This document shows, piece by piece, positions 62,259 to 64,000 of a DNA stretch of 64,000 bases (the first letter of the stretch is position 1; every line of letters begins with the position of its first letter). Source of the DNA: Candidatus Poribacteria bacterium (GTDB lineage Bacteria; Poribacteria; WGA-4E; WGA-3G); assembly GCA_963663765.2 (NCBI GenBank), contig CAXXUA010000015.1, positions 192,001 to 256,000 of the forward strand. The letters run 5' to 3'. The position numbers and the translations under genes were made by a program. The notes beneath the pieces are model-generated. The model saw only the letters and a list, made by a program, of their open reading frames with translations, searched no databases and was not told where the DNA came from.

Positions 62259-63904
62259 TCAGTCAAGCAGAAGTGACAACTGCGTTGCCGAAGTAGGTAT
62301 TTTCGCTTTTGTTGTCCTCTTTTTTCGTTTCGGTTGCTGCTCTTTTTTCTCTTTTCGGATTTTCTCTAATAGGACACTTGCTGTTTCATCGTTCGGGTCT
62401 TGCGGGACAAGTTTACCAGAAAACCCATGCTTGAGGATAGACTGTCGCAAACGTTCCGCGCGTTTCAGTTCTGCTCCGATAGTTGCTTCTGCCGCATCAG
62501 CGACTGAAAGGTGACGCTCAAGTTCAGAAACAATCTGTTCCTGTTCGGTAAGCGAAGGAATTGGAACATTACCTTTAGTGAAAAATTACGGGAAATCCCA
62601 CCAACAGTAGCCCCTCGAAAGTCTGAGAGAATCTCTTTCTGTCCTTTGCTGCTAAAGAGATAAAAAAACACAAATTTTGGCATAGCTTCTTCTGGATCAA
62701 CCCGAACAATAAAAAGGTGTTCATAAACTGTGGCATGTTCATGTGGAAAACTGTCATCAACAAAACTGGTTTTTCCGGTCGTCGCGCCATCTTTCACGAC
62801 AATAATATCGTTTGGGTTAATCTGTCCTTTGTTTAGTGATTTAAAATACTTTTCAGGAACATATTTTATCTTTTTAAACGACTTGTGCCAGTTAACCCAT
62901 TGTTTTCAAAGTTTTTACATATAGTAGGTTTATAATGCACACATATCGTCCCTACGGGACTAAAGAGGATGTACTATGACGTATTTCTATAAACATATCG
63001 TCCCTACGGGACTGAAGATCGTTTCAAACTATGAAGGACACCTGCAAAACGTCATGCTTATGTGAAACAAAGATTAACATATAGTTATTTAGCACAACTC
63101 GTTTTTTAAAGTTAAAACTACCTTCATCATTTAAATGTTCACCTCCGAGACTCGGTATACCTTCAGCAATACCACGTACCCCGCCGCGCGGACGCGAACC
63201 ACTTTCAAGCGTGATGAATTCACTCAGTTTCCCACTTTTCCAATTATCAGAATCCCCTTCGCGCCATTCCTTTGTCAACTCCCCTTCAAAAGCATCTTTG
63301 AGAAGTGATTGACGGTACCGCTGCACTTGCACTTGTGCTTTTTTGAGGTTATCAACTGTTGCGTCTAATTGTATAAATAAAGACTCTAACTTGGCTACGA
63401 TAAGGTGTTGTTCTGGTAATGGAGGTAATGGCATTTCCAAGTCAGTAAGTGCTTCTGTCCCCAATCTTAGTCTTCCTGTTCTGCCTTTCATTCTCGCGGT
63501 AAGCAAAGCACGGACATCAGAAGATAACAAATAATAGAAAAGATAAATTTTATCAGTAACACCTTCAATTTCACGAATTGGAATTACCTCAGTTGTTGCA
63601 ATACCAAAGGGTGTTGACAAATCCTCAATGATACTTTGTTGCCATTTTCAAAAGATGGAGTAATTTTAGCGAGAAGGATATCTCCTGGTTCAAAATAAGT
63701 TCCACTACTAAGTTCATCGGTTGGTTTGAGTCTAAATTCTTTAGAATATAACGTGGCAATTGGAATCAAGCTCATCGGCACAAACGGGACTTCATTATAT
63801 TCAGAATATCGTAAGTCTCTCGGTTTCTTTGTAAATTTCGCAATCTCATTAAATCTTACTATCTGCCAATGCTCAGGCAAATCCATCAGATTCATTTTGC
63901 TCAT
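62259..63904 (-). pseudogene. hsdS: Type I restriction-modification specificity subunit disrupted by a MITE and two frameshifts
   Basis: LPEHW, GDILLAKITPSFENG, PLPPLPEQ, QSLLKDAFEGELT, QSILKHGFSGKLVPQDPNDE; frameshifts near 63640 and 62570; MITE at 62878-63102. Confidence 0.9.
62878..63102. mobile_element. ACGA(G/C)TTGTGC-family MITE inside hsdS
   Basis: TIRs, 7-bp TSD TTTTTAA; excision restores SFNFKKIKYVPEKYFK in frame. Confidence 0.9.
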
Positions 63905-64000
63905 GTGTTCCTTTACAATATATTCGTGAGACGTTCTCCGATGGAACGCAGTACTTTTTTCATGTTGCGCGGTTCATTCAACGTGTCCGGCTTAGGTGTA

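Noticed and set aside
62259-63904. Phase-variable hsdS shufflon
   Set aside because: Fragments are colinear pieces of one gene; no inverted silent TRDs or recombinase are visible.

Overview
AT-rich bacterial DNA whose gene content resembles Candidatus Poribacteria or a related sponge-associated lineage (inference from capped WD40 proteins, LamG proteins ending in VEPxGKLxTxWGxLK, ECF sigma fusions and a dense load of GTAG-type REPs). Left: a membrane-anchored ECF sigma factor fused to a WD40 propeller (runs off the window, absent from the ORF track), two enzymes, then seven WD40 genes of the same capped family, one a recombinant chimera. A TGCAMC-N18-CGTCA motif precedes the sigma gene, the WD40 array and a roughly 3,100-aa TPR/LamG gene. 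Middle: modABC, coaE, the giant TPR gene, a decayed patch with an IS5-family element, Gfo/Idh/MocA oxidoreductases, rhodanese, PotD, a strikingly eukaryote-type glutamine-dependent NAD synthetase, Wzi-like and lytic transglycosylase genes, a GlmU-like/DUF89 fusion and two LamG proteins. Right: a decaying type I restriction-modification island with toxin-antitoxin, DUF262/HNH and possible ART-like cargo between hsdS and hsdM. Intergenic DNA holds many MITE families with readable TIRs and target-site duplications, most carrying REP hairpins, sometimes nested or tandemly amplified. No rRNA, tRNA or CRISPR array was seen. Several 1-nt frameshifts may be sequencing errors.
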